Source: Scyliorhinus canicula (lineage: Eukaryota). From it: DNA of 64,000 nucleotides. The DNA lies in contig NC_052151.1 of assembly GCF_902713615.1 (NCBI RefSeq), forward strand, positions 132,355,455 through 132,419,454, in the 5' to 3' direction. Shown here piece by piece: positions 37,989 to 51,551 of the stretch (its first letter is position 1; the number at the start of each line of letters is the position of its first letter). The notes under the pieces are model-generated. The model worked only from the letters and a program-made list of their open reading frames with translations, was not told the DNA's origin and ran no database searches. A program made the translations under genes and the position numbers.

Positions 37989-38698
37989 GGGCGCGATTCT
38001 CCGCAAATGCGGAGAGTCGTGAAGGCTGCCATGAAAACGGCCGTGTTTCACGGCAGCCTCCGCGCCCCCGCCCGGGACCCGATTCAGCTCCCCGGTCAGG
38101 GCTAGCATCGCGGCCCCGTGAACTACGGCATCGCAGGCTTAGCGAATTTCGCTAAGCCCGCGCGCCAATGTTAGTGACGGCTGATGCATATGATGACGTC
38201 AGCCACGCATTGGACGACTCCAACCCGTGCATGCGCGGATGACGTCATCCGCGCATATGCGTCAGACCCGCGGTCCGTAATGCCCCTCAGCCGCCCACGG
38301 ACTGATCCAGCGGGGCGGCGGAGTAACAAAGAGTGCGCGGGGTAAGTACCTGCTGCCCGCGATCGGTGCCCACTGATCGCAGGCCCATGCCATCCTTGGC
38401 ACGGCCGTGCCAATCGGTGGCATGGTTGTGCAGAACGGCACTTTGGTACCGTTTTCACGAACTTATATAGCAGGTGTATTCAAATTCGTGAAAACGGCCG
38501 TAAAGGCCTTGGAAATCGGCCCATCGGCCAGGGGAGAATCGCTGCTCGCTGTAAAAAAACGGCGAGCAGCGATTCGTGTCGGGGGGCGGGCGTGGGGGTG
38601 GGGGGGAGAATAGCGGGAGGGCGTCAGACCAGCGTCGCCGTAAAAATTTGCGCCGCCCTCTATTCTCGGCCCCATCGTGAGTGCGGAGAATCGCGCCC
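37989..38698. mobile_element. PIF/Harbinger-type MITE (710 bp)
   Basis: Perfect 17-bp TIR GGGCGCGATTCTCCGCA, 3-bp TSD CCT, CpG-rich. Confidence 0.88.
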
Positions 38699-39349
38699 CC
38701 TGTTTTTCAGCTTCCAATGGGAGCGGTTTTTCCCCTGTTTGCTCTGCCCAGACTCCTCATGACTTTGAATATCTCTACCAAATATCCTCTCACCCACTGC
38801 TTTTCCAAGAATGTTTTTAATATAGGAATAAAGGAGCAGGAGTGTGCTGTTCAGCCCCTTTCAGCCTTCTCCGCCATTCAACTGAATCATGGGTGATGTG
38901 TCTACTAAAACGCCATTTTCCCATTCTCAAAATTTTTCCATGCATTTGAAGCTCCTCCTCCCTGGAACCATTCTTGGAATATTTTTTGTACTGTTCCTGA
39001 ACATATGTTCCAAAGTATGCTGCCCCAAAATGGACACAACACACCAGTTGAGGCTAAATCACTATTTTATACAAGTTCAATATAATTTCCTTGTTTTTGT
39101 ACCCCTATTGATGAAGATACCATAATGCCTTTGATAACTTCTGCCACCTTCAATGATTTATGCATATATGCACCTACATCTCTCTGCTCCTGCACTCTCT
39201 TTAGACTATATCCTTTATTTTATATTGCCGGTCTGCACTCTTCCTACCAAAATCAATCACTTCATACTTTTCTCCATTGAATTTCATCTGCTTGTCTACC
39301 CATTGTACCAACCGATGTCATTTTAAAACAAAAATTGGTTGAATGACTG

Positions 39350-39530
39350 ATGAAATGAAAACCGCTTATTGTCACAAGTAGGCTTCAAATGAAGTTACTG
39401 TGAAAAGCCCCTAGTCGCCACATTCCAGCGCCTGTTCGGGGAGGCTGATACGGGAATCGAACTGTGCTGCTGGCTTGCCTTTCAAACTTTCAAAGCCAGA
39501 GATTTAGCCCAGTGAGCTAAATAGCCCCAT
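39350..39530 (-). mobile_element. tRNA-derived SINE, second head type
   Basis: Similar to the 26682-26870 copy. Confidence 0.8.
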
Positions 39531-39734
39531 GACTACTAATTAATAAGCAAAATACCACACATGCTGTAACCCTGAAACAAAAACAGAAAATCATGGAAAT
39601 ACTCAGCCTGTGAGGCAGTTTCTGTGAAGAGAGAAACCCTTAACATTTCAGATTGATGCAATATTAAAACCTGTTGCATTTCTAACTTCTGAATCCAATG
39701 GGAGGTCGGTACAAAATGAAACATCATCATTACT

Positions 39735-40045
39735 GGGCGACACGGCAGGACAGTGGTTAGCACTGTTGCTTCACAGCGTCAGGGATCTGGGTTCAATTCC
39801 TGACTTGGGTCGTTGTTTGTCTGGAATCTGCACGTTCTCCCCATTTCTGCGTGGGTTTCCTCCAGGTGCTCCAGTTTCCTCCCACCAGTCACAACAGATG
39901 TACTGTTAGGTGAATTGGACATTCTGAATTCTCCCTCAGTGTACCTGAGCACATTCCCTAGTGTGGCAACTAGGGGATTTTCACAGTAACTTCATGCAGT
40001 GATAATGTAAGCCTACTTGTGACACTAATAAAGGTTATTATTATT
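39735..40045 (+). mobile_element. HE1-head SINE with alternative 3' tail
   Basis: HE1-type head followed by gaattggacattctgaattctccc...aagcctacttgtgacactaataaag. Confidence 0.8.
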
Positions 40046-40796
40046 ACTGTCAGCAAAATAGGCACAGGCCTGTGTTATTCCCAGCCTATAGTTGCAGGTG
40101 AGTTCAATGCAGGTTTAGCTCTACATAAGTGCGTGTATGTACAGTAAAGCCAATTTTTCCACACCCCAAAGCTCTTTCCTGTTGCCAACTTCCATTGGGA
40201 GGTGATGAACTCTTGTCACTTTGCACTTAGGTACCTGTCAATGGAACTATGCACAACAAACTGAGTTATAAGGGTCGAATTCCCTGATGAATTCCTGGTG
40301 TTGCTGAAGATATACATTATAATGACCCCTGCACCACAGAAAAGTTACAGGGTGGAGGCCATTTGGTCCTTCTTGTCATGTCAGCCTGAGAACACCTAGT
40401 GCCCTTTCTAATCCCACCTTCCTGCACCCGACCCATAACCCTGCAGTTTACAGCACTTTTTACCATTTAAAAGCATTTAGCTCTGCCTCTGCTGCCAACT
40501 GAGGAAGCGAATTCCAGGCACCCACTACCTTCTGCGTAAAAATGTTCTTCCTCATGTCTCCTCTACACCTTCTGACACGTATCTTGAATCTATGTCCCCG
40601 GTTCTAAAATTCTTCGCCAAGGGAAACAATTTTATCCTGTCCACTCCATCTCTTCCCCTCATACCCACCATCCCCTCCTTCGTTCTTTTCCACAACCTCT
40701 CCAGTTCTGTGGGACTGCTTTCCTCTTCATTTGGCAACCTTATAAACCTGTTTTCCACCACGGCACTGAAGCCAATTCTGTAAAGATTAATTCCTA

Positions 40797-41112
40797 TAAA
40801 TCATAGAATTTACAGTGCAGAGAGGCCATTCAGCCCATTGAATCTGCACCGGCCCTTGGAAACAGCACACACCTCCACCCTATGCCCATAACCCAGTAAC
40901 CCCACCTAACCTTTTTGGACACTAAGGGTAATTTAGCATGGCCAATCCACCCAACCTGCACATCTTTGGACTGTGGGAGGAAACTCCAGAGCACCCGGAG
41001 GAAACGCACACAGAGACGGGGAGAAGGTGCAGACTCCGCCAAGCCGGGAAACGAACCTGGGACTCTGGAGCTGCGAAGCGATAGTGCTAACCACTGTGCT
41101 ACCGTGATGCCA
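40797..41112 (-). mobile_element. HE1-type SINE
   Basis: Reverse-complement head, core and tail. Confidence 0.85.
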
Positions 41113-41429
41113 AATTAGGCTAGCATTATTTCAAGATTCCATTAGGGAGGCCTATGAAGTATCTGAACCAATATGGCATGAATCTACTCATGGTGCCTTT
41201 TGAGCACAGGAGGTTATGTGCCTTTTGAGCACAGTGAGTTATTTTTGCCAGCGTTTTATGCCCAATTTCGGCAAAATGACATCCAATTCCCCACCCCGCA
41301 CCAGAGACGGAACTAAAATATGAGTCAGACTTTCGATGATGGTTGCATCCAATTGCTAAATAGATCTTGAAAAAGAAAATCAGTTCATGCCATGCACCAA
41401 TGTGTGTCTTGTCAACAACAGCTTCTATT

Positions 41430-42020
41430 TAATACAGCATCTTTTGCATAATAAAACATCCCAAGACACTTTACAAGAGAACTGTAAAGCAAAATTAGAC
41501 ATCAAAACACATAAGACGATGTTTGGACAGCTGGCCAAAAGATTGGTCAGAAATAAATCTTAAGGAGTGTCTGAAAGGAGGAAAGGGCTAGGGAGGAAAT
41601 TTCAGAGCTCAAGGTCTATGCAGCTGAACAGCTACCAATGATGGTGAAATTAAAATTTGGAGGTGCTCAAGAAGCCAGAATTAAATGAGCACAGATATCT
41701 TGGGAGGGTTATAGGGCTGGAGAAAATTAGAGAGATACTAAGGATATGAGGCCATGGACGGACTTGAAAACAATCAAGAATTTCAAAATCGGGACCTTGC
41801 TTGACTGGATGCCATTGAGGTCAGATAACACAGGGATGCTTGTGATCAAATATGATGTCACGGTTGTGAATCGTCTGGTTCAGCATCAGATAGTTGCCAG
41901 GGAGAGAATTGAAGTCAGTATCTAGGAAACAGAGTTCATAGCAGGCACTAAAGACAATGGCTTCAGTCTTTCCAATGTTTCGCTGGTGTAAATTTCTGAT
42001 CACCTAGTACAGGATGTCAG
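41430..42020 (-). mobile_element. L2-like LINE 3' fragment
   Basis: Minus ORF with NIGKTEAIVF and an L2-like tail. Confidence 0.55.
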
Positions 42021-42342
42021 ATATGCAACCTATCTAACAAAGAACAAAACACTTAATTTTCTTTTTGACAACATGTTTTGCAATTTACTCAAAATAGGGT
42101 AGATGCAGATTATTGGCCAGAGGTACTATAATGAATGGCATGATAGCCGCCTATATGTAGAAATGCATATTAATAGGGCACGTCCTCAGTTATAATTAAT
42201 ACGCTGGAGAGTCAAACCAATGCTGCATAATCCAACATGTTTCTACATATTTCCCTTCAGTTAAAAGAAAGCTAAAAATAACAAGATCTCCCAAGTTTGC
42301 CTTTTGGCTTCAAAATATTTAAACTGAAGTTTTAAAGAAAAT

Positions 42343-42936
42343 GGGCTGGATTTTCCGATCCTCCGCGCCGAAATCGCGATTGGCGCAGGGGCGGAGAATG
42401 GGCATTTACGCCAAAATCCTGTCCGACACCTCTCCCGTGATTCTCCAGTCCCCGGGGAATCACCGCAAATCGCGCCCATGCGGTCTACGCAGCACGGGTA
42501 GGAGGCGATTGACAAGAGGCCCCCCCAGCGATTCTCTGAGGAAAACTGGCCGAGTTCCCGACAGTGTGGTTCTAACCACGTTTTGCCTCTCGGGAATGGC
42601 CGGTGGCGGCTGCAGACTCAGTCCGCGGCCGCCCTGGTCGGGGAGGGGGTGATCCTTCCATGGGGGGCTCATGGACGGCCAGGCAAGCGAACAGGCGGCA
42701 CCGATCCGTGGGCGCCCACAATATCGTGGGGACCTACTTCTTGCATCAGGGTCCGCGGTGCGAGTCCGCCATGGCCGAAGTGTAATGCTCGTATTCGCAG
42801 CCAGACCGCAAGAAGCACTCCGGGGCCCTGCAGGTTGGAGAATCACTCTGGACTTTCTTAAGGAAAGTCCAGAGTGAAACGCCCGCGTTTTGATGCTGGC
42901 GTGGGGACATTGCCCCATTATTGGTGAATCCCACTC
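42343..42936. mobile_element. Harbinger-type GC-rich MITE
   Basis: Imperfect TIRs gggctggattttcc / ggtgaatcccactc, similar in style to the 37989 element. Confidence 0.65.
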
Positions 42937-43509
42937 CATGTGTACTGTTTGAGGAGGCAAAGGTACTTTTATAATACAGCACGGCTTCTGTTAACCTACA
43001 TCACATTATTTCCTAAATCTGTACATTCTAATGATGTATGTGGTAGTGATGAAAAAATATTAGGAGCACTGTTAAAACAGTTGACAACATGTTGGGGTAG
43101 TTCATTAATAAAAATATGCAAGAGTAAATAAATTCTTGCCTGCCAATTCTCTTTCCCCTTCTCCCAAAGGCACAGGCTCACTTGGAACAACAGTTTCAGG
43201 AGCATAAGCAGCCCACCACACTTTACATCAGTGTCTATTTTTCAAAAGTCAGCTTAGACTATGAATGTAGGTTGGGTATTTGAGTACAGGGGCAATCACA
43301 GTTGAGCCTGATCCTTTCATCACTGGACTTTCATGAGCTATATCACCCCCCTCCTTGCATTAACAAGATTAACTATAGTGCTTCTACCATAATCTTGGTT
43401 GCGATCTGTTAATTAGTACAGTTCAAAGATTGTATCTGGAATGGTCAACGATGATAAATATTTTTAAAGGCACGCATCATAGCTTAGACGGTTATTAAAC
43501 ATAGCCTGA

Positions 43510-46500
43510 GTAGGCAATTGATGTTTAATGAAACATTTTTCAAATGTAGTTCTGAAAAGCAGTTTATGCAGGTCTCATAAAATGAATACCAAAATAGATG
43601 AGACTTTTAATATCAGCTGTCAAGTAAAATATCACTCTCCTTACACATTAAAAAAATGATCAAACATTTACCAGCATATGCTGAGAACACCTTCACCATA
43701 GTCACTGTATTGCAAATCACAGTGCTACTGTACAAGTTCCACTTTCACAGCTTTATATTTGTAAAGTTTGAGAAATACCTTCCAAAAGGATTGTAAAAGA
43801 TTTGTTAAAACAATTATCCTACTTAAATTAACATAACACAATGATTACACCACACACGTGGTTTACTATCAGGAAGATATTTTTTATTATCCTTTTTAAG
43901 ACCTTCATGAAATGAAATCTTATGAAAAGGATAAACTGCGTGTTCCATCATTTCCCAATGCGTAGCATATTTACCTCATGATAAATACTTGTTTTTTTAA
44001 ACCAATTGTTGAAACATAGAACATTCATTATATAACAGAAACGAAAAAAAAAATCGCACAAACTCTATAATATAAAGTGCAAACATATTATACAGTAATG
44101 CAGACTTATACTGAAAAAATTGTCCACATTATCAAAAGACCCAACTTGTTTCTAGACTACCTTTAACCAAATGACTGTTCAATATTTTACAAGTAGGAAA
44201 TCAGTAAACTTCAGAAGCCCAGAATTCAAATTTGAAAATCCAAAGTAATTTAAATATTGAAAAAATGTTATTCCCTTGTTAAATACTTTTGTCCAGCGTA
44301 AACCGACCATACAATCTGATGAGTTGCAAATTCCTGCACATTTTAAAGTTTCCCGCGCAGTAAGGGAATGACTTATAAAGTGGTTCACTTTGCATCAGTT
44401 CTGTTAACTAAATCAGTCACTAGAACAGAGAAATGATGCATAAAATGGACTTTACAGTTATATATAGGTTTGAGTAAAACATTTCTTGACAGTCTTAAAC
44501 AATTATCATTATTTGCTACAAAAGCATTTCAAATTTAATTTATTAATTGATGCCGTAAATTATCATTGCATCAAGATGTTTATGAAGTAAAAGTCAAATA
44601 TTCAGCGAGAGCAAAACAGGCATAACCTTCACAGCAGATTTGAAGTCAGGTCATATTTTGAAAGAAATGTGTCGCAGAAGTACATTGTAATTCTATATAA
44701 ATCGTTGCTGTTGGGGGAGGAAATAATGCACTCCAAGAGTTATAAAAAAAGGACCGAAATACTTTCTTATAAGAACACTCGTGAGAACTGTTAAATCTTC
44801 TCCTATAAAACTGTTAAGTCATCATTAAGGCTAATCTGGCCATATGACCAGTTAAAAAGTTGTATAGCTGGAGAAAAAACATCTTTCCTGCAGTTATTCA
44901 GAGACTGGCATGTGTTCATCATGTTTATCACTGATTGTGAAAGAAAATGTAATGGGTGAGTGACAGTAGCAAACACCCTCAGAAATCTGGATAGTTTAGC
45001 TCTTTGCAAATAGTAAATGCTATATTTAAGGATACTGGTTCAGGAGGTATCGGTTGTTGCTAACTAGTAGGCTATTTACATAAAATACGATGTTGCTTTG
45101 ATTTTAAATCACTCTTTAACTGAATTCTCTTCCAAAGAAAATTGAAAATTCACTGCTACATTACACAGGATTGTATCTAATATTGAATACTCAAACAAAT
45201 AATACACAAGGTGTATACCTAGGGAAGTCATAGGTGCTGATTTACTTTCTGTAAGATAATTTAGTGCATGTGTTCTAGCCTTCATTCAGACATTTTTATC
45301 CTTTGTTTGCGCCAACTCAGGTTTTGATGCTGTCAAGAATCCAACACAGCAATTAAACACTATCCCTTTAGTTCAAACAATTATCATTACATCTTTAGTT
45401 GTCACATTTCACACTGTTTGTCATATTACTGCTCAATGATTCATTTAGTGTAAGCACATTGAATGAAACTATAAAATAAAATAAATTATCAATTTGAAAA
45501 GTTAATGGAAAAAGACTTTAGATTTCAGAAGGCAATGGACAGATCATCATATCATAAGTTTGAGTGCCTGTGACTGATGCTTAGTTTGTATAAACTATCT
45601 TATTGCATCTTGAAATGGTAACATTGCAGAACAACTAGGTTGAGCAAAAAAAGTGGATCTTTCTAGAAGGCCCCCACTTCTACATTTGTACAGCAACCCT
45701 GATTGGGTTTACAGCAAAATGTTTCAAAATGAGCACATTTCTTGGAAATATTGGTCTTCAATGTCGTTTAGATCAATAACTGTAATGCCAATCCATGGAT
45801 TTCCGTCTGATTGGAATAAGATATTCTCATTAGTAAGCGCTCATTGAATCCTTCTATCAACTGATCAGATAATCTCAGCCTTTAGTATCTATTTTAACAT
45901 TGGAGATTATGTCCCCTTTTGTTTGATAGAAGGTTTAGAAATAAATCAGCCTGACTGATATAGAGCACTTTTAAACTCGAAACTAAGGATTTGTCAATAA
46001 ACGAAGTGAAAGCATTGGCACCACTGACAAAAGATACATAACATGTTTTATAGGCTGCACTTCTAAGGCTCCCTTGCAGTTTGCAAAAAAAAAAATCAGC
46101 CATGTTCACCCTAAAAGATGCAAAATTATAGTATTCAAATAATAACCTTGCTTGTCCAGATTTTGTAAGTAATACCTGAAGTGCTATAATATTGCTATGA
46201 GCTATCAGTGGACAAATGACAGATGACTCCACATGTACACCTCAACATTGTCGAGTATGATCCTACCTGCAAGTAACCAGTATGACTTAAGACACAGACA
46301 TGCAGACATAGTTTTAAGTACAGCTTCACAATAAGACACAACACATCTGTTCCTGTGTACATGAGATGAACATGGACAGTTTTACATGGATTGCAATTAA
46401 AAATGAAACTTTAAAAAAAAAATGTAATCTAGCCTGTTTCTATACTGCCATAAGTCGAGGCTGCTTGGGACTGGCAAAGCGGGTTTGCATCCCATGTTGT

Positions 46501-46781
46501 GCTAAAATAGAAAAATCTACAAGGAACGTAGGAAATGCATCCCTTTTGTAGCTGAATTTCACCCTTCAGTAGCAATAAGCACTTGGCTTCAACTACTCCG
46601 TTTCCTTTGCTCTGTGGTTTCCATGACTAGGCCAGAGCTTCCTACTATTTTGTCCCTTTGTTCATTTTATGGACTTAGTGCAATGCTTCCTGCAGCAGAA
46701 CGCTTGAAGCTAATTTAGCAGTAACTGGTGACGATATCAGAATGAAAAACTTGAACCATTTACATGAATAAAAAGGCAGCG
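43510..46781 (-). other. Putative long 3'UTR of the MTDH-like gene
   Basis: About 3.2 kb of AT-rich sequence with no recognisable repeats follows the TGA. Minus-strand AATAAA at 43883-43888 and ATTAAA at 43524-43529. Confidence 0.5.
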
Positions 46782-46849
46782 TCAAGTTTCTCTTCTTGCT
46801 TTCATTTTCCTCTTCTCTGTTTTGGCACAATCTAAAGTGAAGCCATTAT
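46782..46849 (-). CDS. Terminal coding exon of a metadherin/LYRIC (MTDH)-like gene: (N)NGFTLDCAKTEKRKMKARRET*
   Basis: Strong acceptor ttttttgtatttattacag, phase 1, 68 nt. The C-terminus KARRET* matches MTDH ...KKKKKARRET*. Confidence 0.8.
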
Positions 46850-46960
46850 CTGTAATAAATACAAAAAAAAAGCACTCGGGATTAAATATTGTTCACTGAA
46901 CAATATGTCATCTGCCTACAGCAAGCTTATTGTTATATATCAGAGAATAAATCCCTGTCG

Positions 46961-46992
46961 GTGACGTTTCACGTGATTTGCAGTGACGTCAG
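46961..46992. promoter_or_regulatory. Candidate enhancer: half-CRE, TCACGTGA E-box and full CRE
   Basis: TGACG 46962-46966, TCACGTGA 46969-46976, TGACGTCA 46984-46991. Confidence 0.4.
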
Positions 46993-49779
46993 CAGTGAAT
47001 GTTCGCATGGGCTTCGGTTCTCCATCTTAGATTGTATGAGCAACATCCTGAATAAAACCTCTCATTGTGTTTGTAAGAATCGAGAGTGTGGGCACCTCAA
47101 TACCTTTTCTTTTTGCAGCAAACTCAAAGATTACGATTTCCAGATTTTGGGACATCTAATAAGACCTAACAAAATTCCCCTTCTATTGAGTTTTTGAAAT
47201 TCATCTTTGCTCATCAGTCCTGGAGAAGACAATTGGTGGAAGTGATATTATGGATGAATTCTTACCATAAAAGTTAATTGCGGTTAGAAAGATTTGTAGC
47301 ATAAGAACTGATTCACTGGAATAAAATTTACACACTCAATCAAGCACAAAACCCAGGACCAGAAATTCCCGCCCAGTCAACACACCTTTGGCTTTGTCTG
47401 ATATATTTAACATCCTGCCCGCAACAATTCGCAGGGCGGGCGGGACCAGAACATTTAGGTCCCAGTTTCCCGGCTCCATTAAGCCCAGTGACCCTCTCAG
47501 ACTCCATGACCTTGATATGAACAGGGAGATTGGAGGGGGGAGTGGGAAATAATTGTCAAAGCCAGGAACGTGGATGCCGTGCTAATCTTAATGGTTGTGG
47601 CTCATTTAAATAAAATAATGGTGATTCCCACAGACAGCTCGGTCAGTGGAGCAGAATCGGAGGCCAAAATTGGGGACCTGTGGGAAGCTCCGGCCAGTTG
47701 TGAGACAGCCAAGGTAGGGCCCCAAGGTTCCAATTCCTTAATGCCTGTGAAAGGGGAAATTATTGGATTTTATAGAGGGGGAATAGATCTAACACCCCTG
47801 CATTAGAGTAAAAGCAAATGCTGGTCAAGCACCTGAGATCAGCAGAACTCGCCAACAAGGTAGTTTACTTTTTCGAAAAACAGACAATTCTCTAGCTCGA
47901 CTACTAACAAGCTTTTGGGTGAAGGTTTAATAATAAACCTACATAGGTACGATCGGAATTTTAAAACAACGTTCTGTGTACTGAATAACTGTATATCAGT
48001 CTGTACCTGTGACATGGGAGAGAAAATGGTTTTAGAATGCTCTCCCTGTGATTGCTGTGTTAGAGAAATGTGTTAGAGGAGGGTGCTCCCCCAGAGGTTT
48101 CTCCGGGGTAGTTCCTTCCATGTTTGAATCATGAATAAACTATTGTAACCGGTTCCTGGGCCTCCTGTGGTTAGTTGGAGGAAGTCCACCACAACGCTGT
48201 CTTACTCAGATGTGAGGTCGATCTGTGAGGGTTTTGGCTTTTACCCAAAAGTTTGGTGATTTTGTTAACAATGCAAAATGAAAGCACTGATTAAGCACAT
48301 AATTTGCTGCAAACGAAAATGGTCGAAACAGCCACCAAAAGAGAAATAATATATAAACCAGGAAACCCAAACTACACATGTTTAAGGGGTTCTGCTGACA
48401 AAATACGAAAGCAGAAATTTAAAGTCTCTCCAGACAGTAGTGTAACCTGTGCATTTGAACAAAAATGCTGCTAAATATTTTCATAACCTCTTCCACAATG
48501 TTAAGAAAAACATTTAAAAAATTAATTTCATTTCAATATTTCATAGATTTACTTCATAGCATTAAGATCAAAAGGTTATGGTCCAGGAATTTCATTGCCC
48601 AGAGACGGTCCTGACTGACTCTGGTACAACTGTTGTGAAGGCTGCCAAACACAATGCAGCAACAGTAAAATTCTGCACAGCATTAAGAGTGAGTTAAGTT
48701 TTCAGAGTCAGAAAAAAAAACTCCCAGACTTTAACCAGCAGCCTAAAATAACAAACCAACTAACCTATCTAATGAGCATTTTAATAACACTAAAGGGCCC
48801 TTCATGTCCGAAGTCCCATGAGTTGCTGAGTGAATTTGTCACCGTGATGGCTCAGGTGCTGCAATCGACCATTATTGAGAAAAGGGTCCTATAATGAATG
48901 TAGGGGCTTAATTTGAATATTTAATTCCTTATTTTAAATAGGTTGGCATGGATCCTGGATGCCTCCAAGAGCAATCAGATACAATAGAACTGGTGGTGCA
49001 CTTCCAGCAGCTAATGAGCATACTCAGCCTCTCAATTTGGGTGGCGGTATTTTTCATGACTGTAAAACAGGCATAATACTACTGAGTTTCCAGGCCCCTA
49101 GCCCTGAATTTTAGCTCCTGGTGAGACTTAGGCAGGCAGTAGTAGTAGCGGACAGCAAACTCTCTGGGTCCCTGCAGTGCGAAATCTGGGGGATTTTATC
49201 ATAGAATTTAATCTGGGACTAATTCTAACTAACCCTGACCAGATTCAGTATCAGTATCTAGAAATCAGGATATTGTTGGAAATTGGTCCTTAGCTTTTAA
49301 CTGAATAGGCTGTGAGCACTGGTTGTGTCTACACAACCAGTTCGTCCAATATGGAAACTACTTTCAATTGTCTTCCTTGCTGACAGCAGCCCTCAAATAC
49401 GTCTTGATGAGGGTTGGGAGTGGGCTAAGTATTACTCTATTTATAAATGATTGTCTCTGTGATATAACAAGACACAGGGTTAGATTAAAAGATTAAATTT
49501 TCTTGGACATTGTACAAAAGGGAGTTCATGTCCCAAGGGTGCTTAAAATTTCTTGAACCAAATGCATTCAAACAACACTGATATTAACAGATGGAATTCT
49601 GTTTTTTTCCTTCAAACAAAAGGGATTTGACAATAACTGGCACACAAACTGGTTCAGGCAAAGGCAAGAATAAGTGTCAGAGGATCAAATTCCATTTCTC
49701 AGTTTGCTGTGATGTAAGTTAGGTTAATACAATTTCTATTTTTCAAGGTATATTAAATTGAACTGACTAGTGCCCTCCT

Positions 49780-51509
49780 AACATGTTTGAATCTATGAAA
49801 AAGGATGTGATAACTGGACACTTGGAAAATAATAGCAGGATTAGCCACAGTCAACACAGATTTATGAAGAGGAAATCACATTTGACAAACCTGTTGGGAG
49901 TTCTGAAAGGATGTAGCAGAATAGATGAGGGTGGCGTGGCGTGGGGGGGGGGGGGGGATCAGTGACTGCGGTGTGTTTGGATTTCCAGAAGGTTTCCAAT
50001 GAGGTCCCAAAAAAAGGTGAGTAAACAGAATTACAGCACGTGAAAATTGGGGTAATATACTGGCATGGATTGAGCATTGGTTAATGAACAGAAAACAAAC
50101 AGGAGGAATAAATGGGTCATTGTCAGATTGGCAAGCTGTGACTAGTGGAGTATCGCAAGGTTCAGTGCGTGGGCTCTAGCTATTCACAATCTACATAAAT
50201 GATTTGGATGTGGGGTCTCAAAAGTAATATTTCTAAGTTTGCTGATGGCACACAAGTAATGGGAGTTGTGAGAAGAATCAGGAGGGGATCAGGGTTATGG
50301 GGAGAAAGCAGGAGAATGAAAATGAGAAACATATCAGCCATGTTGAATGGCAGTGCAGACTCGATGGGCCGGATGGCCTAATTCTGTTCCTATGTCTAAT
50401 GTTCTTATAACTCAGAGAGGCTTCAAAAGGATGAAGATAGACCAAGAGAGCATGCAAGAACATGATAGGTGGAATATAGTATGTAAAAATAAAGTTATCC
50501 ACTTTGGCAAGAAAAACAGAAATGCGGAGTATTTCTTAAATGGTGAGAGATTGGGAAGTGCTGATGTCCAAAGGGACACTAGAACATAGAATGCAGAAGG
50601 AGGCCATTCGGCCCATCGGGTCTGCACTGACCCACTTAAGCCCTCACTTCCACCCTATCCCCGTAACCCAATCTAACCCTTTTGGTCACTAAGGGCAATG
50701 TTACCATGGCCAATCCACCTAACCTGCACGACTTTGGGTTGTGGGAGGAAACTGGAGCAGCCGGAGGAAACCCATGCAGACAGGGGGAGAACGTGCAGAC
50801 TCCGCACAGACAGTGATCCAGCGAGAATCGAACCTGGGACCCTGGCGCTGTGAAGCCACTGTGCTATCCACTTGTGCTAACGTGCTGCCCCGAGGGACAG
50901 GATTCTCCGTTTGGGAGACTAAGCTCTTCCACCAGATTTGAATTGCAAGTAATTCGTGCTCCCACTAGGAGGGCCAGTCAGGTGAAATTCAGATGATGCA
51001 AATGGGCCAGCACGCTGCCCAAGTGCAGCCCGAGAGATTCCTGGCTTAATTGGAATCTGATTCGCTGATATTGGAATTTACGTGAAAAGACTGACAAGGT
51101 GGAGCAGCTCATAAGCGTTCCACTCACCACAGACTGTTATTCCAGTCAAGAGGATGGCTGCACGCAGACCAGCTCCCAGATTCCGGGAGTCAGCGATTGA
51201 CTGAATGCTGGATGGCACTGAGGAGAGGAGGGCTACCCTCTTTCCCAGGGTGGGACTGGCAGCCTCACCAAGAGGACCAGCACGCAATGCAGAAAGAAGA
51301 TGAATGACCCACTTAGGGCAGCTCGGGTGAGTCACCACCTCTGTGATCCTGACATCACTCCCATTCCTCACTCCTTACATCATCCCCCAATACGCTAGAG
51401 GCCAACAATACTGCCTGCATCTCCTTTACAACCCATCCTCCACCAAACCTCAACACATGTATTGCCTTTTTTGGCAACGTGCCTTGCACTCACATGCCAC
51501 TGGTTACAG

Positions 51510-51551
<42 letters not shown>

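Noticed and set aside
48008-48193. Possible short solo LTR (TGTG...CACA with AATAAA)
   Set aside because: No convincing TSD, so too weak to call.
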